From assembly GCA_965218435.1 (NCBI GenBank), contig CBDCKW010000009.1, positions 960,001-1,024,000 of the forward strand: a stretch of DNA of 64,000 nt, given 5' to 3'. A program made the position numbers and the translations under genes. This DNA comes from Truepera sp. (GTDB lineage Bacteria; Deinococcota; Deinococci; Deinococcales; Trueperaceae). This document shows positions 1 through 10,703 of the stretch, piece after piece (positions within the stretch are counted from its first letter, which is position 1; every line of letters begins with the position of its first letter). The notes under the pieces were generated by a model. That model was not told where the DNA came from and ran no database searches. It saw only the letters and a list, made by a program, of their open reading frames with translations.

Positions 1-857
1 TTTTGCCGAGTTAGAGCTTGACGGACTGCTGTTCACCAAAGTCATGGTCAAGTTGCTGGCGAAAACGCGCTACACGCTGTGCCTGGACAGAACGAATTGG
101 CAGTTTGGGGTGTTTGACATCAACATTTTGATGGTGGCTGTTGCAGATCAGGGCATTGCCATACCTTTGGCCTTTGTCTTGCTAGAGAGACGTGGCAACT
201 CCAACACGCTAGAGCGCACGCAACTGTTAGAGCAGGTGTTGGAAGTTATCAAACCAGAGCAAATTGAGGTTTTACTCGCAGACAGAGAGTTTATAGGACA
301 AAACTGGTTCACGTTCTTGAGCGACAAGAACATTCCTTTTGCTATCCGCATAAGAGAAAATAGTTTGGCAGACGAGTGGTTTCGCCTTTCTGCTTTTTCC
401 CGCAGCTCAAGAAGGCGCAAAAGAAGTGTCTCTACCACCGTTACAAGATTTGTGGTTGCCCCCTTAGCGTGGCGGCTACTAAAAGTGCAGACGGTGGGCT
501 TGTCATCGTCGTGAGCAACCGTCAACCCGCTTGGGCTTTGCCACCTACGCAACGCGTTGGCAGATAAAGTCTTTGTTCAAAGCTTTGAAGTCCAGCAGCT
601 TTGGACTTGAAGACACGCACCTTAAAGACATCAACCGTATCACTACCCTCGTTGCTATCGTGAGTTTGGCTTTCCTCTGGGCGCTCAAGGTCGGTCACTA
701 GCTCCATAAACAACGTCCTATCCGCCTCAAGTCTCATGGTCGCCGCAAAAAATCCGGTTTTCGTCTCGGCTTTGACTTTATCCGTCGTGCTATTTCTAAT
801 CTTGCTCTCGACAACAAGCCCCTACTCAGCACTTTTGGGCTTTTGTCGTGTACTTAG
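1..857 (+). pseudogene. IS4-family transposase, 5'-truncated by the window edge and frameshifted
   Basis: ORF 44..514 has DRTNW and LLADREFIG motifs; coding continues in other frames (376..567, then LFKALKSSSFGLEDTH) and ends ...LLSCT* inside the terminal sequence TTTTGTCGTGTACTTAG (841-857). Confidence 0.85.
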
Positions 858-1040
858 GTTTTACCGTTATAGTTTGCTCATGAACCTCGAGCATTAGGCC
901 CAGTAAATCAGTGCAACAGATCAAGGTTTTAAGTTAGACATCATCTGTTGCTTAGTTCAAGTCATAGCTCCTGAATCCCAGCTTAGCGAGAGTATAGGCT
1001 TTCTTGTGCGCTCTTAATATGTGCATTTAATGGAACATTC

Positions 1041-1176
1041 CTCACTACCCGGACAAAAAAGAGGAAACCAGTCTGTGCGATGATTGAGGTGTGAACAAAA
1101 CCGAAAGCAACGAACTGGCTTATGTATAAGCGTAACGAATTAAGCGCAAAAATCCAAGCTTACCTTGTACCCGCAC
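1041..1176 (+). mobile_element. Probable left end and first codons of a second IS4-like element, cut off by the IS630 insertion
   Basis: CTCACTACCCGGACAAAA resembles an IS4-type end; ATG at 1122 opens MYKRNELSAKIQAYL. Confidence 0.35.
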
Positions 1177-1196
1177 TAAGTACAACCAACCTAAAG

Positions 1197-1388
1197 TCAA
1201 ACACTAATAGCGCCTAGCAGATCAAGGGCTTTGAGTACAGTTTGTTTAAGTTCAGCTAAAGAAGCGTAGCAACGTCTAGGTAAAAGGAAACCTTTGAGCA
1301 CACGCCAGAAGCCTTCTATAGGGTTAAGGTGCGGCGAATAAGGGGGCAGGTAGCGTAGATAGAGACCTTTAGCTTGCCAGGTGGCTTC
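1197..1388 (-). pseudogene. IS630 transposase C-terminal fragment
   Basis: Manual translation: TWQAKGLYLRYLPPYSPHLNPIEGFWRVLKGFLL (LPPYSP-LNPIE motif). Confidence 0.85.
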
Positions 1389-1532
1389 AACAAAAGCGTC
1401 TGCTCAGTGGATTCTGGAAGGCGACATCAAAGCTTGCTTTGACACCATCAACCACGAATGGATGCTCAACCATTGATGTTCACCCGATAAAACGGAGACC
1501 GAGTTAAGCCTCTGATGCACAATGGAGGCGAT

Positions 1533-1832
1533 ATGAAAGAACGTAGGGTCTACACGGCGGAATTCAAGCGCGAAGCGGTCAGGTTGAGTGAACAAGCGGG
1601 GGTAAGCGTGGCTCAGATCGCCCAGGAACTGGGCGTGTCCGACTACAGCCTTTACAAGTGGCGGAAACAGGCGCGTGAGGGCGGCGAGCTGGCCTTTCCC
1701 GGGAACGGCAAGGTCGCTTTAACCGCCGAGCAGCAAGAGAACGTGCGCTTGAAAAAAGAACTCGAGCGGGTGATACAGGAGCGTGACATCTTAAAAAAAG
1801 CGGTCAAGTTCTTTGCCGGGGAAAGTCGGTGA
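1533..1832 (+). CDS. IS3 transposase OrfA (HTH)
   Basis: RRVYTAEFKREAV...ERDILKKA; GGAGG RBS; A7G slippery site at 1793-1800. Confidence 0.9.
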   Translation: MKERRVYTAEFKREAVRLSEQAGVSVAQIAQELGVSDYSLYKWRKQAREGGELAFPGNGKVALTAEQQENVRLKKELERVIQERDILKKAVKFFAGESR

Positions 1833-2709
1833 GGTACACCTTCATCAAGGAACACCGTAACTTTTGGGCCGTCAGCTTGATGGCCGGGGTGTTGGCCGTG
1901 TCGGTCAGCGGCTTCTACGCCTGGTCACGGCGAGGAAAAAGCCAGCGAGTCAGGAGCGAGTCAGGGAGGACGAAACGTTGAGCGAGAAGATCGTGATGTT
2001 CCACTGCGGGAGCCGTTGCACCTACGGCTCGCCGCGCATCCACAAGGACTTACGGGCTGCCGGACACAAGGTCGGGCGCAAGCGCGTCGCCCGTCTGATG
2101 CGCTCAGCAGGCATTAGGGGCAAGACGAAACGAAAGTTCAAGACCACCACGACCTCCCAGCACTCGCGCCCTAAAGCAGCAAATCTCGTTGAGCAGAACT
2201 TCGACGTGGCAACCCCCAACACCCTCTGGGCCAGCGACATCACCTACCTACCCACCGCCGAGGGCTGGTTGTATCTGGCGGTGACGCTCGACCTCTTCAG
2301 CCGCAAAGTCATTGGCTGGGCCTTCTCCGACGGACTCACCGATGACCTCACCCTCTCGGCGTTGACGATGGCGACGCGGCAGCGGCCCGATACGGCGACA
2401 CTGACGCATCATTCAGATAGGGGCAGCCAATATGCCAGTCGTGCTTTTAGGGCCGAGCTCGCAGCCAACCGCATCACACAAAGTATGTCGGGCAAAGGGA
2501 ATTGTTATGACAACGCCGTCGTCGAATCGTTCTTCGCTACTCTGAAAACCGAAGAGGTCGAGGGCGCAAATTACCAGACCCGCCAGCAGGCTAAGACCAG
2601 CATCTTCAGCTACCTAGAGGGTTTCTACAACGCCAAGCGTAGGCACTCCTCTCTGGGGTTTCTATCTCCTGACAATTTTGAACGGGTACACTTCTCTCAA
2701 GCTGCTTAA
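1829..2709 (+). pseudogene. IS3 transposase OrfB (DDE), frameshifted by an 11-bp tandem duplication
   Basis: GTG start overlaps the orfA stop; AGCGAGTCAGG x2 at 1944-1965; downstream WASDITY, HHSDRGSQY, DNAVVESFF. Confidence 0.85.
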
Positions 2710-2742
2710 CTACGACTCCATAAAAGCGGGTGAAGATCACAT

Positions 2743-3819
2743 ATCCCTAAGTGGCTGAAGGCTGGGTTCATCGATAACAAAGCCCTTTATTCGACGGAAG
2801 CGGGAACGCCGCAAGGTGGTCCTATCTCGCCAACGTTGGCAAATATGACCCTGGACGGTATTGAACACCTGTTAACCCAAAACTTCAAACCAAGAACGGT
2901 AGCTGGTGTTAGAACTAACCTGAAGGTCAATATGATTCGATACGCGGATGACTTCATCATCACGGGAGGCTCTAAGGAGTTACTGGAGAACGAAGTCAAA
3001 CCCCTGCTGACTGACTTTTTGAAAGTCAGAGGGCTGGAACTCTCGCAAGAGAAGACCAAAACCACGCATATCGATGAAGGGTTCGATTTCTTAGGGCAAA
3101 ATATCCGTAAGTACGACGGCAAGCTGTTGATTAAACCGTCAAAAGAGAACGTCAAGGCGTTCTCGGGTAAAGTTCGAGAAATCGTGAAGGGTCGGAAAAC
3201 GGCAACACAAGCCAACGTAGTTAGAGAACTCAATCCAGTGATACGAGGATGGGCTAACTATCATCGGCATGTGGTTGCCAAAGAGACTTTTCGGTCAGTG
3301 GACAGCAAGATTTGGGAAGTTTTATGGCAGTGGTCTAAACGCCGCCATCCCAAAAAGGGTACCCCCTGGGTAAAAGATAAATACTTTGCCTCAGAAGGAA
3401 CCCGGAGATGGGTATTCAGGGCGGATACACGAGAGACCCTGGCGGATGGAAAACCCGTAGTGGTCCGGCTACTTAAGACTGCCGACATACCTATACGGCG
3501 ACACATCAAAATCAAAGGAGATTCAAACCCGTTCGACCCACAGTGGGAAACTTACTTCGAGAGTCGTCAGACCCTGGAGATGAAAGACTCACTAGTCGGA
3601 CGGCCTAAATCCCTTTGGCTACGTCAAGAAGGAATCTGCCCGGTATGCAACGAAAAGCTCACGGAGAAGCGTGGCTGGCACGTCCACCACATCATTCCTT
3701 GGGTAATAAGCAAAGACGACCGGCTCTCCAACTTGATGATGGTCCACCCTAACTGCCATAGGCAGATTCATAGCCCAAGATTCAACGTGGTAACGCCGGT
3801 TCCCAAAAAGGGACTTTGA
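2743..3819 (+). pseudogene. ltrA: Group II intron RT/maturase/HNH, C-terminal part
   Basis: YADDF, LNPVIRGWANY, CPVC...HVHH...N...HPNCHRQIH; N-terminal RT domains missing. Confidence 0.9.
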
Positions 3820-3826
3820 ACAGCCT

Positions 3827-3901
3827 GAGCCGGATGCGGGGAAACTCGCACGTCCGGTTCTTAGGGGAGGGGATGACAGTAATGTCATCTCCTTACCCGA
3901 C
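3827..3901 (+). ncRNA. Group II intron domains V and VI
   Basis: GAGCCGGATGCGGGGAAACTCGCACGTCCGGTTC (AGC triad, GAAA loop, AC bulge), then DVI ending TTACCCGAC. Confidence 0.93.
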
Positions 3902-4460
3902 CTAAAGCCTGTTTCATCCAGGTAAAACAGCTTCAAGCGTCCTTCACTTGCCCCCTTTTTAAGGTATCCAAAGCCGCTTGATGCTTTTTGAGTTCCTCAT
4001 CACTGGGACGCTTCTGAGGCACAAAGCGTCCTTTTTTCCAGCTGTAACCCAGTTCTTTTAGACGTTTACGGATGCCTTCTCGCCCCACCCTTACTTGATA
4101 ATGCTCGACTACCGCCTCGGCAAGCTGGGCGCAGGTCCAGGTTCTCTCCTCGCTTAGCTGCGCTTGCATAAAGCCCTTGATTTCGTCACTGATAATCGCT
4201 TTTTGCCCATGATGTTCGTAGTGATCCGCTAGACCAGCGTATCCTTCGCTTGACCAACGATTCAGCGTCGCTCTCACCATGTTATAGCTCTTACCCACCT
4301 GCTCCGCTATCTCCTTCATGCCTAAGTCTTTGTCTGACAACCTCAGAATCTGTGCCCTTAAACGTACTTTAGAATGGATATAGGCGTTCTGCTCTAACTC
4401 CCTCAGCGCCTCATTCTCTTCTGGGCTCAAGCTTACATAGCGGTTTGCTCGGTTCGCCAT
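3902..4460 (-). pseudogene. IS630 transposase N-terminal HTH part and start of the DDE frame
   Basis: ORF 3933..4460 (HTH; ends at AAAAAGGGG slippery site); second frame LKLFYLDETGF is cut at 3902 by the intron. Confidence 0.88.
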
Positions 4461-4498
4461 TCCTTAATTATTGCTCGTTTTTCGGTTGGTTGTACTTA

Positions 4499-5190
4499 GA
4501 ATCAGCGCGGAAGCGAACGAAGCCGCGAAAGCTTGAGCTATATGAGGTGTTCAACGCTCTGCTGTATGTGGTCAAGACCGGCTGTCAGTGGCGCGCTCTT
4601 CCTAAAGATTACCCTAAGTACGTCACCGTACAACGCTACTTTCGCATTTGGAGTGAAGTGAATGACCAGGGCGAAAGTATCCTCAGTCAGGTCTCAAAAA
4701 CAGGTCGTGCGAGAGCGTATCAGCAGTGGCAGAAAGGCTTGTTTGAACATGGTTAAAGTTGACGCGCAAAGCGTAAAGAATACTGAAATAGCCCAGGTTA
4801 AAGGCTATGACGGCGGCAAAAAGGTGTCAGGGATCAAACGTCATATCGCTGTCGATACGCAGGGCTTACCCCACGCCTTAGCTGTTACGGCTGCCAACGT
4901 GACCGACCGAACCGGGGCAATAGACATGCTGGGAACTGCTCAAGTACAGCTCACAACAGTTAAGATCCTGGTGGACGGAAACTATACAGGCGAGACCTTT
5001 GCCGACTGCCTCAAAGATCTGCTCGCTGCCGACGTTGAAGTTGCCCAACGAAGTGACACGCGCAGCTTCTCCTGGCTAGAAAAGTGCAGGAGGCTTTGGA
5101 AAAACTGTGAGCGGCTCGTCTCTTCAAGTCTTGCCATGATGCAGCTTGCCTTCATCCGACTGCTGCTTAGAAGATTGTAGACGGTTTCTA
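4499..5190 (+). pseudogene. IS5-family (IS1031-like) transposase, degraded
   Basis: ESARKRTKPR...KTGCQWRALP, DAQSVKN, GYDGGKKVSGIKRHIAVDTQG, SWLEKCRRLWKNCER across two frames. Confidence 0.85.
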
Positions 5191-6440
5191 AGCTACCTCT
5201 GCAGAAATAACCTGAGCCTAGTAAAAGATAGAGAAGGCGATGTTGAGCGAAACGCCAACTGCAGCTAAGGCTAAACGCACTGCCTAGGCCAGGGTTCCAA
5301 AAGAAAGATAGTCCTGCGCCTCGAGCCATTCGTACTTGAGCTTACGCCAGAGGATTTCAGCGATGTTGAGCTGTGGGGAGTAGGGGGCAGGGCTTACGTA
5401 TGTTGATTTGTTTCAAAAGCTATCCATGTTTTTAACGTAACTATTGAAGGTGACGTTTTTCTTAATCAGTTCATCTAGGTCAAAAATAGCTGTTTTTACG
5501 CCCTCACTTCTCCAAGCCACTTACGAAGATTGGTACATGCGTAAGCCCTGGGAGTAGGGGGGCAGATAAAACAAGGTTAAGCCACGTTGCTGCCAGTAAG
5601 GACGCCGTTCTTGGACAGCCTTAGCCGTATGCGGTTTAGCATTGTCGAGCACAACCACCGTCTCTTTGCCGATACTGTAGCTGAGTTGCTCGGGCTGTTC
5701 AACGATCAAGGCGCTGTTGACGCTCTTCGTGGTGGTCTCAAAAAGTAGGGTGTTAGCTCTGTTGATTAGGGCAAAACAGTTGAGTCCTTGACCTTGACTG
5801 GTGGGCATAAAGACTTCCTCATCAGCGAACTGCCAGGCGTAAGGCACGCTAGGATTAAGCAAAACACGACACTCATCCCCGTAGTAAAGGTCGATCAAGC
5901 CTTGGTCACTCATCTGTTCGAGCAAGCTTAAGCCTTCGGCTTTAAGCTTGTAGAGCTGCGGACACGGCTCTTTGAGGGGACGTTTTCTGATTCGTTTATA
6001 ACGGCAAGCGTTTTTTTAACATAACGTCTCAAGGTATCGTCGCTAAAAGACTTGCCCAGAACCTGCCCGAGCTCGACTTTCGCAAGACCCAGTTTCTGAC
6101 GATGCTTGGTGACCAGTTCCTTGACTTTTTCCAAATCTGCTTCTTCCAGAATTGGATGGCGTCCCCTGCCAGCACGGGTTTCAAGTCCTGCCAGTCCTTC
6201 TTCTCTATAGCGCTTGAGCCAGTTATTGACCGTGATAGCATGACAAGCTAGCTCAGCAGCAACTTCGCTTGACTTATTTCCTTCACTTTTTAACAGTATT
6301 CCCTTACAGCACTGTCTATAGCTATGTGTCTTTCCCGTTCTATATCCCTGGGTTAGTACTTGCCGCTCCTGTTCACTGAGGGTTATCGTTTTGGTACGTC
6401 CCACGCACTACAGTTTAGGTTATTTCTGCTGGAGTACTTA
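5189..6440 (-). mobile_element. Second IS630-family element, interrupted by a MITE
   Basis: Imperfect inverted ends TAAGCTACCTCTGCAGAAATAACCT / AGGTTATTTCTGCTGGAGTACTTA; ORFs 5928..6404 (HTH) and 5521..5925 (YGDE, VLDNA, YLPPYS); tail PQLNIAEILWRKLKYEW resumes left of 5387. Confidence 0.9.
5388..5550. mobile_element. 163-bp MITE
   Basis: 16-bp TIRs CAGGGCTTACG(T/C)ATGT; 11-bp TSD GGAGTAGGGGG at 5377-5387 and 5551-5561; no ORF. Confidence 0.93.
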
Positions 6441-6480
6441 CTTATTTACTTACCTACTTAAATCAGTATGGCCTGCTCAG

Positions 6481-7002
6481 TTACCTGAGTTGACTCTCAA
6501 TGTAGCGTAAAGCCGTAGTTAGGTGATCGGTTTCCGGCTGACTGGTATCAACTTCCAAATAATCGTCGTCCCGAGGTTCTGTGTGGCGTTTCTCGACCTG
6601 TTCCCATCTCACTTCATCCATACCGGGGATGTTGCGTCTCCGCTGCTCGATACGTTGCTGGCGAAGCGCACCATCATTGCAAACACATTCGATCATGACC
6701 GCCTACCGCCTCAAGCCCGTGCTCTGCGGCGAGTGTTCGCCACACCTCACGGGCGGTCTCAATCAAGTTCGCCGCGTCAACAATGACTGAAAGCCCAAAT
6801 TTGAGCTGTTCGTCAGCTAGTGCGCAGGCGACCTCGTAAGCTGCTACGCCGGTTTTTCTTTAGCTAACCCACTCCGCCACATGGCAGCCTCAATAGGGTC
6901 AATGGATAGTATCGGCAGTGACAAAGCGACAGCTAGCTGTTCAGCGAGGGTGCTTTTACCCGAACCGGGGAGTCCAGACATAACGATTAAATGCTTTTGC
7001 AT
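6481..7002 (-). pseudogene. AAA/P-loop kinase-like gene with two frameshifts
   Basis: MQKHLIVMSGLPGSGKSTLAE (Walker A); 1-bp shift in an A-run near 6855; 7-bp duplication near 6698-6711; tail is ORF 6481..6696. Confidence 0.75.
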
Positions 7003-7375
7003 AGTCTAACCTTAACCAGAATTAGGTCAGCAAGAAAGGGACGAATCCAAACGTCGTAAAAGTGAAAGTCTGCTTAACGTAAGTATTTTTTCCGATTAGG
7101 GAATTGAGTCTATCCGCTTGTGAGCGCACCCGCTCAGCTCGAGCAGCTTCGGCCTCTTGCTAACATTCGAGACTGCAAGCTCCACCGTAAAAGCCACGGT
7201 GTAACACGGACGGCTCCTTGGCGGCAGCTCGCCAAAGCCTATAAGCGCCAGTATCCGACTCAGAAATCTAATCAGAGATCCAAACCGCCGAAGTGAACTG
7301 AAACCGAGGCGGGCCGTCCCTGCCGCGTTATAGTCCACCGGCTAACATCGTCTTACATCAGACGCCAGCCTATAT

Positions 7376-8038
7376 CTAAGCTGCTTCGGCGTCATGGTGA
7401 AGGGCTCGGGCAAGAAGCGCCGCGATCACTGCTGCGAGGAGAGGCGCAACAATATAGGTCATACCCTGGATTTCTTTACCACGCACGAGGTCGCCGACAA
7501 AAAAGACGGTGGCGACGGCCGGATTGAGGATACCGCCGCTGCTGGCTCCGGCAATGGCAATCCCCGTGGTGAGCGCAGTACCGATGGCGAGCGCACTGGC
7601 TGCGGGCGGCGCGTCCATTAAGACAACTCGGGTGACGACGAAGACTAAAAGAGAAATGCCCAACATCTCAAACCACAGCGCGTTGACCTCGGGGTTGGTC
7701 TGCGGCAAGTTGCGGTCCAAGAGACTCCCCAAGCCGAGCGCCGTAAGCGCCCCGACAAGCTGCGCGACGATGTAGAGTAGCCCGGTTCCAACGGCTATCT
7801 GACGAACGCTCATGAGACCGACGGTCACCGCCGGGTTGATATGCGACCCCGACACCTTGCCGATCACGACGACCATGATGAGCAGCACCGCGCCAACAAG
7901 CGCAAACGTCAGCTGCGGGGGCGAGAGCAGGGCGGCCACGACGAGAAAAAAAGTGCCGATCAGTTCAGCTAAAAGGCGCTTAACGAGTGGGGGTTCGGTT
8001 TCTTCGGGCACGGGGCGGACGACAACTTTGTCACTCAC
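7376..8038 (-). CDS. MIP/aquaporin family channel
   Basis: AELIGTF, SGSHINPAVT and GGILNPAVA (two NPA boxes), hydrophobic helices. Confidence 0.92.
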   Translation of the reverse strand: MSDKVVVRPVPEETEPPLVKRLLAELIGTFFLVVAALLSPPQLTFALVGAVLLIMVVVIGKVSGSHINPAVTVGLMSVRQIAVGTGLLYIVAQLVGALTALGLGSLLDRNLPQTNPEVNALWFEMLGISLLVFVVTRVVLMDAPPAASALAIGTALTTGIAIAGASSGGILNPAVATVFFVGDLVRGKEIQGMTYIVAPLLAAVIAALLARALHHDAEAA

Positions 8039-8132
8039 GAATAACCTTTCAAAATGTAAGAGAATGACGCTGGCGCGGTTAAGAAGTTGAGGCTTGTAAG
8101 TGTTGAGTCAAGCCTCAAGGTTGAAGGTACGC

Positions 8133-9011
8133 TTAAACGGCGTAAGGGTCTTTGGGAGTGCCCGCAGCTGCGCCAAACGCTGCGACGAGTGCGCCGACCA
8201 GGAGTGCAGCGCAGAGGCCCAGAGCAGCGACACCTGAGACGTTCGCCGCTTCCTCAGTCCCTTGCACCACGGTCTGCTGGGTTTGCTCGAGCTGCTGGCT
8301 GAACTGTTGCACCTGCTGGTTGATTTCTTGGTCGGTCAAGTTCGAGTTTTGCGTCAAGAAGTTTTTAAGTTCAGCTTGAGCGTCGGGTGAGGTGAGGCTT
8401 TCGCCCGCTTGAACTCGGTTGACGATGAGCTGTCCTAACTCCTGACCAGCCTGGGCCGGATTTTGCACGCCGTTTTGGTTAAGGAACTGATCAATTTGGC
8501 CTTGAACCGCACTAAAACCCGGAATCTGGCTGAGGGCGTTTGCTGCACCCTGCGCCGAGTCGGGCGCAGCCGTAGCAGCAGCTTGGGTGGTAGCTGAGAC
8601 CGTATTACCGACGAGACTGGTCACGCCGCCGACAAAGCGTCCGAGTGCGGTCGTTAAAAGAAAGACGGTCAGGATCGTCAGCACGCCCCAGGTCAAAACG
8701 CCGTGGATAAAAGCGTCGCTACGGCGCGAGGTGCCCGCTAAATGACCTGCGACCCAACCGCCCAAAAAGAGGGCTAAAAGGTTGGTCACTACGGCGGCGA
8801 TGATCCCACCCGTACCGTAGCCTGAGAGCGGATTTTGATTTGACGTCAGGTCAATACTCTGAAGGCCGATTCCGGCAAACAGCAGGCTGAGCAAAAACGT
8901 GATCATCAGCGCGATCAGTGCGCCTGCAAAGACGGCGCTCCAAGCTGTGTGCCGGAGGGCACCGTGGGTAGCTTCGGGTTGAACGATAACGCGGTCTGCA
9001 CGGTTTTCCAT
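8133..9011 (-). CDS. Membrane protein (general-stress associated, WSAVFAG-type)
   Basis: WSAVFAGA, HGVLTW, three N-terminal TMs, Q-rich loop, C-terminal TM; AGGAG RBS. Confidence 0.75.
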   Translation of the reverse strand: MENRADRVIVQPEATHGALRHTAWSAVFAGALIALMITFLLSLLFAGIGLQSIDLTSNQNPLSGYGTGGIIAAVVTNLLALFLGGWVAGHLAGTSRRSDAFIHGVLTWGVLTILTVFLLTTALGRFVGGVTSLVGNTVSATTQAAATAAPDSAQGAANALSQIPGFSAVQGQIDQFLNQNGVQNPAQAGQELGQLIVNRVQAGESLTSPDAQAELKNFLTQNSNLTDQEINQQVQQFSQQLEQTQQTVVQGTEEAANVSGVAALGLCAALLVGALVAAFGAAAGTPKDPYAV

Positions 9012-9060
9012 AACAACTCCTTTGAAGGGGGTGAGCCCTAAAGCTCGAGCTCAAAATGGT

Positions 9061-9807
9061 TTACGCGCGGAGAGTAGCCACGACCTTGATCGTCGGGCCA
9101 CCACGAGCACGTAAAAGTCCGGTGAACGAACGGCGCAGCACGTACCACCGGAGGCTGGTCAGTCCGGTGATAAGGCCGTAGGTTAGGAGGGCAGCGATCA
9201 GGGCGCTTAAGATACCTAACCAGTTCCCGGCGGCTGCGCCGAACAAAAAGCCTAAGGTTATGCTCAGGGTAAGCGGTAAGGTAAGAAGAAAAACCCGTTC
9301 CCAGTCCTCTAGTTCGGTCTGCTGCTCGTCTATAGCCGCGCCGATATAGGCGTAAGCCAAAGCACCGGCAGCGATAAGAAAAATACCGGGTAAGAGGCCG
9401 AGGAGAAAAACGCTCAGTACGTTGAGGTCGGCAGCGCCACGCGCTAAGCGCGCAAAGAGGACGATGATAAGGCTTGTGTAAAGGCCAGCTACTGCGCCGC
9501 TTAGCGCGGCCCTGAGGAGAACCTCCCGGGTAAGCAGCCTCGACTCGGTCTGACCGGGCTCGAGCATTTTGCCACGCGCCCGGTAGCTGAGCAGCACTTC
9601 GTAAAGCGCCACGACGAGCAGCACCGCGAGAAACGTCAGCACGCTTACAAAAATCAAACGTCCCCCTGCAAACGGACGGGCTGCATTTGCGCGTAGCACC
9701 ACGCCAAAGACAAAGCCGCTGACGATAAGCGAGACGAGCGCCATACTTACGCCGACGACCGCGCCGACCAGGTAGTCCCAAACTATTCTCGGTAACAAGT
9801 TTTTCAT
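9061..9807 (-). CDS. Hypothetical multi-pass membrane protein
   Basis: 248-aa hydrophobic ORF within the operon. Confidence 0.7.
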   Translation of the reverse strand: MKNLLPRIVWDYLVGAVVGVSMALVSLIVSGFVFGVVLRANAARPFAGGRLIFVSVLTFLAVLLVVALYEVLLSYRARGKMLEPGQTESRLLTREVLLRAALSGAVAGLYTSLIIVLFARLARGAADLNVLSVFLLGLLPGIFLIAAGALAYAYIGAAIDEQQTELEDWERVFLLTLPLTLSITLGFLFGAAAGNWLGILSALIAALLTYGLITGLTSLRWYVLRRSFTGLLRARGGPTIKVVATLRA

Positions 9808-9828
9808 GCTGCCCCCTAAGGTTTGTAG

Positions 9829-10305
9829 CTAGCGGCGGCTTAAAAAGCGGCGCGCCGCGAACATCGCTAGTCCCATAAGCGCCCGCTTACCGGCGGGGCT
9901 GGCGAGCGGGCTGTTACCACCTAACAGACTCGAGAGCAGGTTCGGGTCTTGCTGGGCGGCTTGCCGGGTCATCCGGCCAAGTTCACGGGGTGAGGCGGCC
10001 TGGTCTAAATCTTGACCTTGAGGAAAGCCCTCAAAACTGCGGCTACTGTCACGGTTGGCGTCTCTATACTGCCGTGCGAGTTCGCGCCGCTGCTCGGAGG
10101 ACATGTTGCTAAACGCCTGCTCGTATTCGGCTTCAGCGTTCGGATCGTCAAGGTCGTCGGGGGCGTGCGCCATCATGTCGCGGTAACGCTGCGCCGCCTC
10201 CGCCTGTGAAATGCTGTCCGGGTCTTCTTGGTAGCGCCGCTCGAAATCTCGGTAATCGTTTTCACGACTGCCCTGACCCATAAACTCGCTAAGTTTGTCG
10301 AACAT
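9829..10305 (-). CDS. Hypothetical hydrophilic protein
   Basis: Start re-set to MFDKLSEF (ATG 10305, AGGAGG RBS); D/E/Q-rich. Confidence 0.75.
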   Translation of the reverse strand: MFDKLSEFMGQGSRENDYRDFERRYQEDPDSISQAEAAQRYRDMMAHAPDDLDDPNAEAEYEQAFSNMSSEQRRELARQYRDANRDSSRSFEGFPQGQDLDQAASPRELGRMTRQAAQQDPNLLSSLLGGNSPLASPAGKRALMGLAMFAARRFLSRR

Positions 10306-10324
10306 ACCTGCCCTCCTAAGGGGT

Positions 10325-10654
10325 TTAAGCCGTACGACTGCCTTGACTGCGTTGACGCTGAGGTTCGGACAGCCTGTAGGTGAACATCCGTGAAAGCATC
10401 CAGAGGTGGTCACGCATTACCCCGAGCGCGTGGACACTTAACGCGTTGGTGGCAAAGCAATCGGTCAAGACCTCGAGGTTTTCTCGGACTAGGCGGTAGG
10501 TCTTGTCGCTCGTCTGCTTGCGGTAGGTAGGTAAAAGCGCGTGAAGTTCAGCAATGAGATTTTGAATTTCGGCACCATACCGCTGCGCCAGCGTGACCTC
10601 TAAGTCGAGTATTTGGTTCTCATTACCGGCTTTATATGCTGGGTTATAACGCAT
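10325..10654 (-). CDS. Hypothetical protein
   Basis: 109 aa, strong GGAGGT RBS, operonic. Confidence 0.7.
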   Translation of the reverse strand: MRYNPAYKAGNENQILDLEVTLAQRYGAEIQNLIAELHALLPTYRKQTSDKTYRLVRENLEVLTDCFATNALSVHALGVMRDHLWMLSRMFTYRLSEPQRQRSQGSRTA

Positions 10655-10703
10655 ATCACCTCCTCTGTCACGTCACTAGTCGTTGGGTTTGGCCGCTTGA
10701 CGC

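Larger units (their letters stand above)
1474..2739 (+). mobile_element. IS3-family insertion sequence (1266 bp)
   Basis: TG...CA ends; IRL TGATGTTCACCCGATAAAACGGAGAC vs IRR reverse complement TGATCTTCACCCGCTTTTATGGAGTC; 3-bp TSD CAT (1471-1473, 2740-2742). Confidence 0.95.
1388..3901 (+). mobile_element. Group II intron, 5'-truncated and interrupted by IS3
   Basis: RT motifs AQWILEGDIKACFD (1402-1443), GTPQGGPISP and YADDF, maturase region and HNH; DV/DVI and terminal ...CCCGAC at 3901. Confidence 0.92.
1177..4498 (-). mobile_element. IS630-family element disrupted by a group II intron and a deletion
   Basis: Inverted ends TAAGTACAACCAACC (1177) / GGTTGGTTGTACTTA (4498) bounded by TA; transposase pieces at both ends. 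Confidence 0.85.

Noticed and set aside
1075..1080. GTGCG as the 5' end of the group II intron
   Set aside because: It lies outside the IS630 boundary and too close to RT domain 3 to allow for DI-DIV and the RT N-terminus
2836..3819. RT as a retron, DGR or defence RT
   Set aside because: Maturase and HNH domains plus DV/DVI identify a group II intron
7096..7338. 80-aa ORF after the aquaporin
   Set aside because: No RBS or recognisable motif
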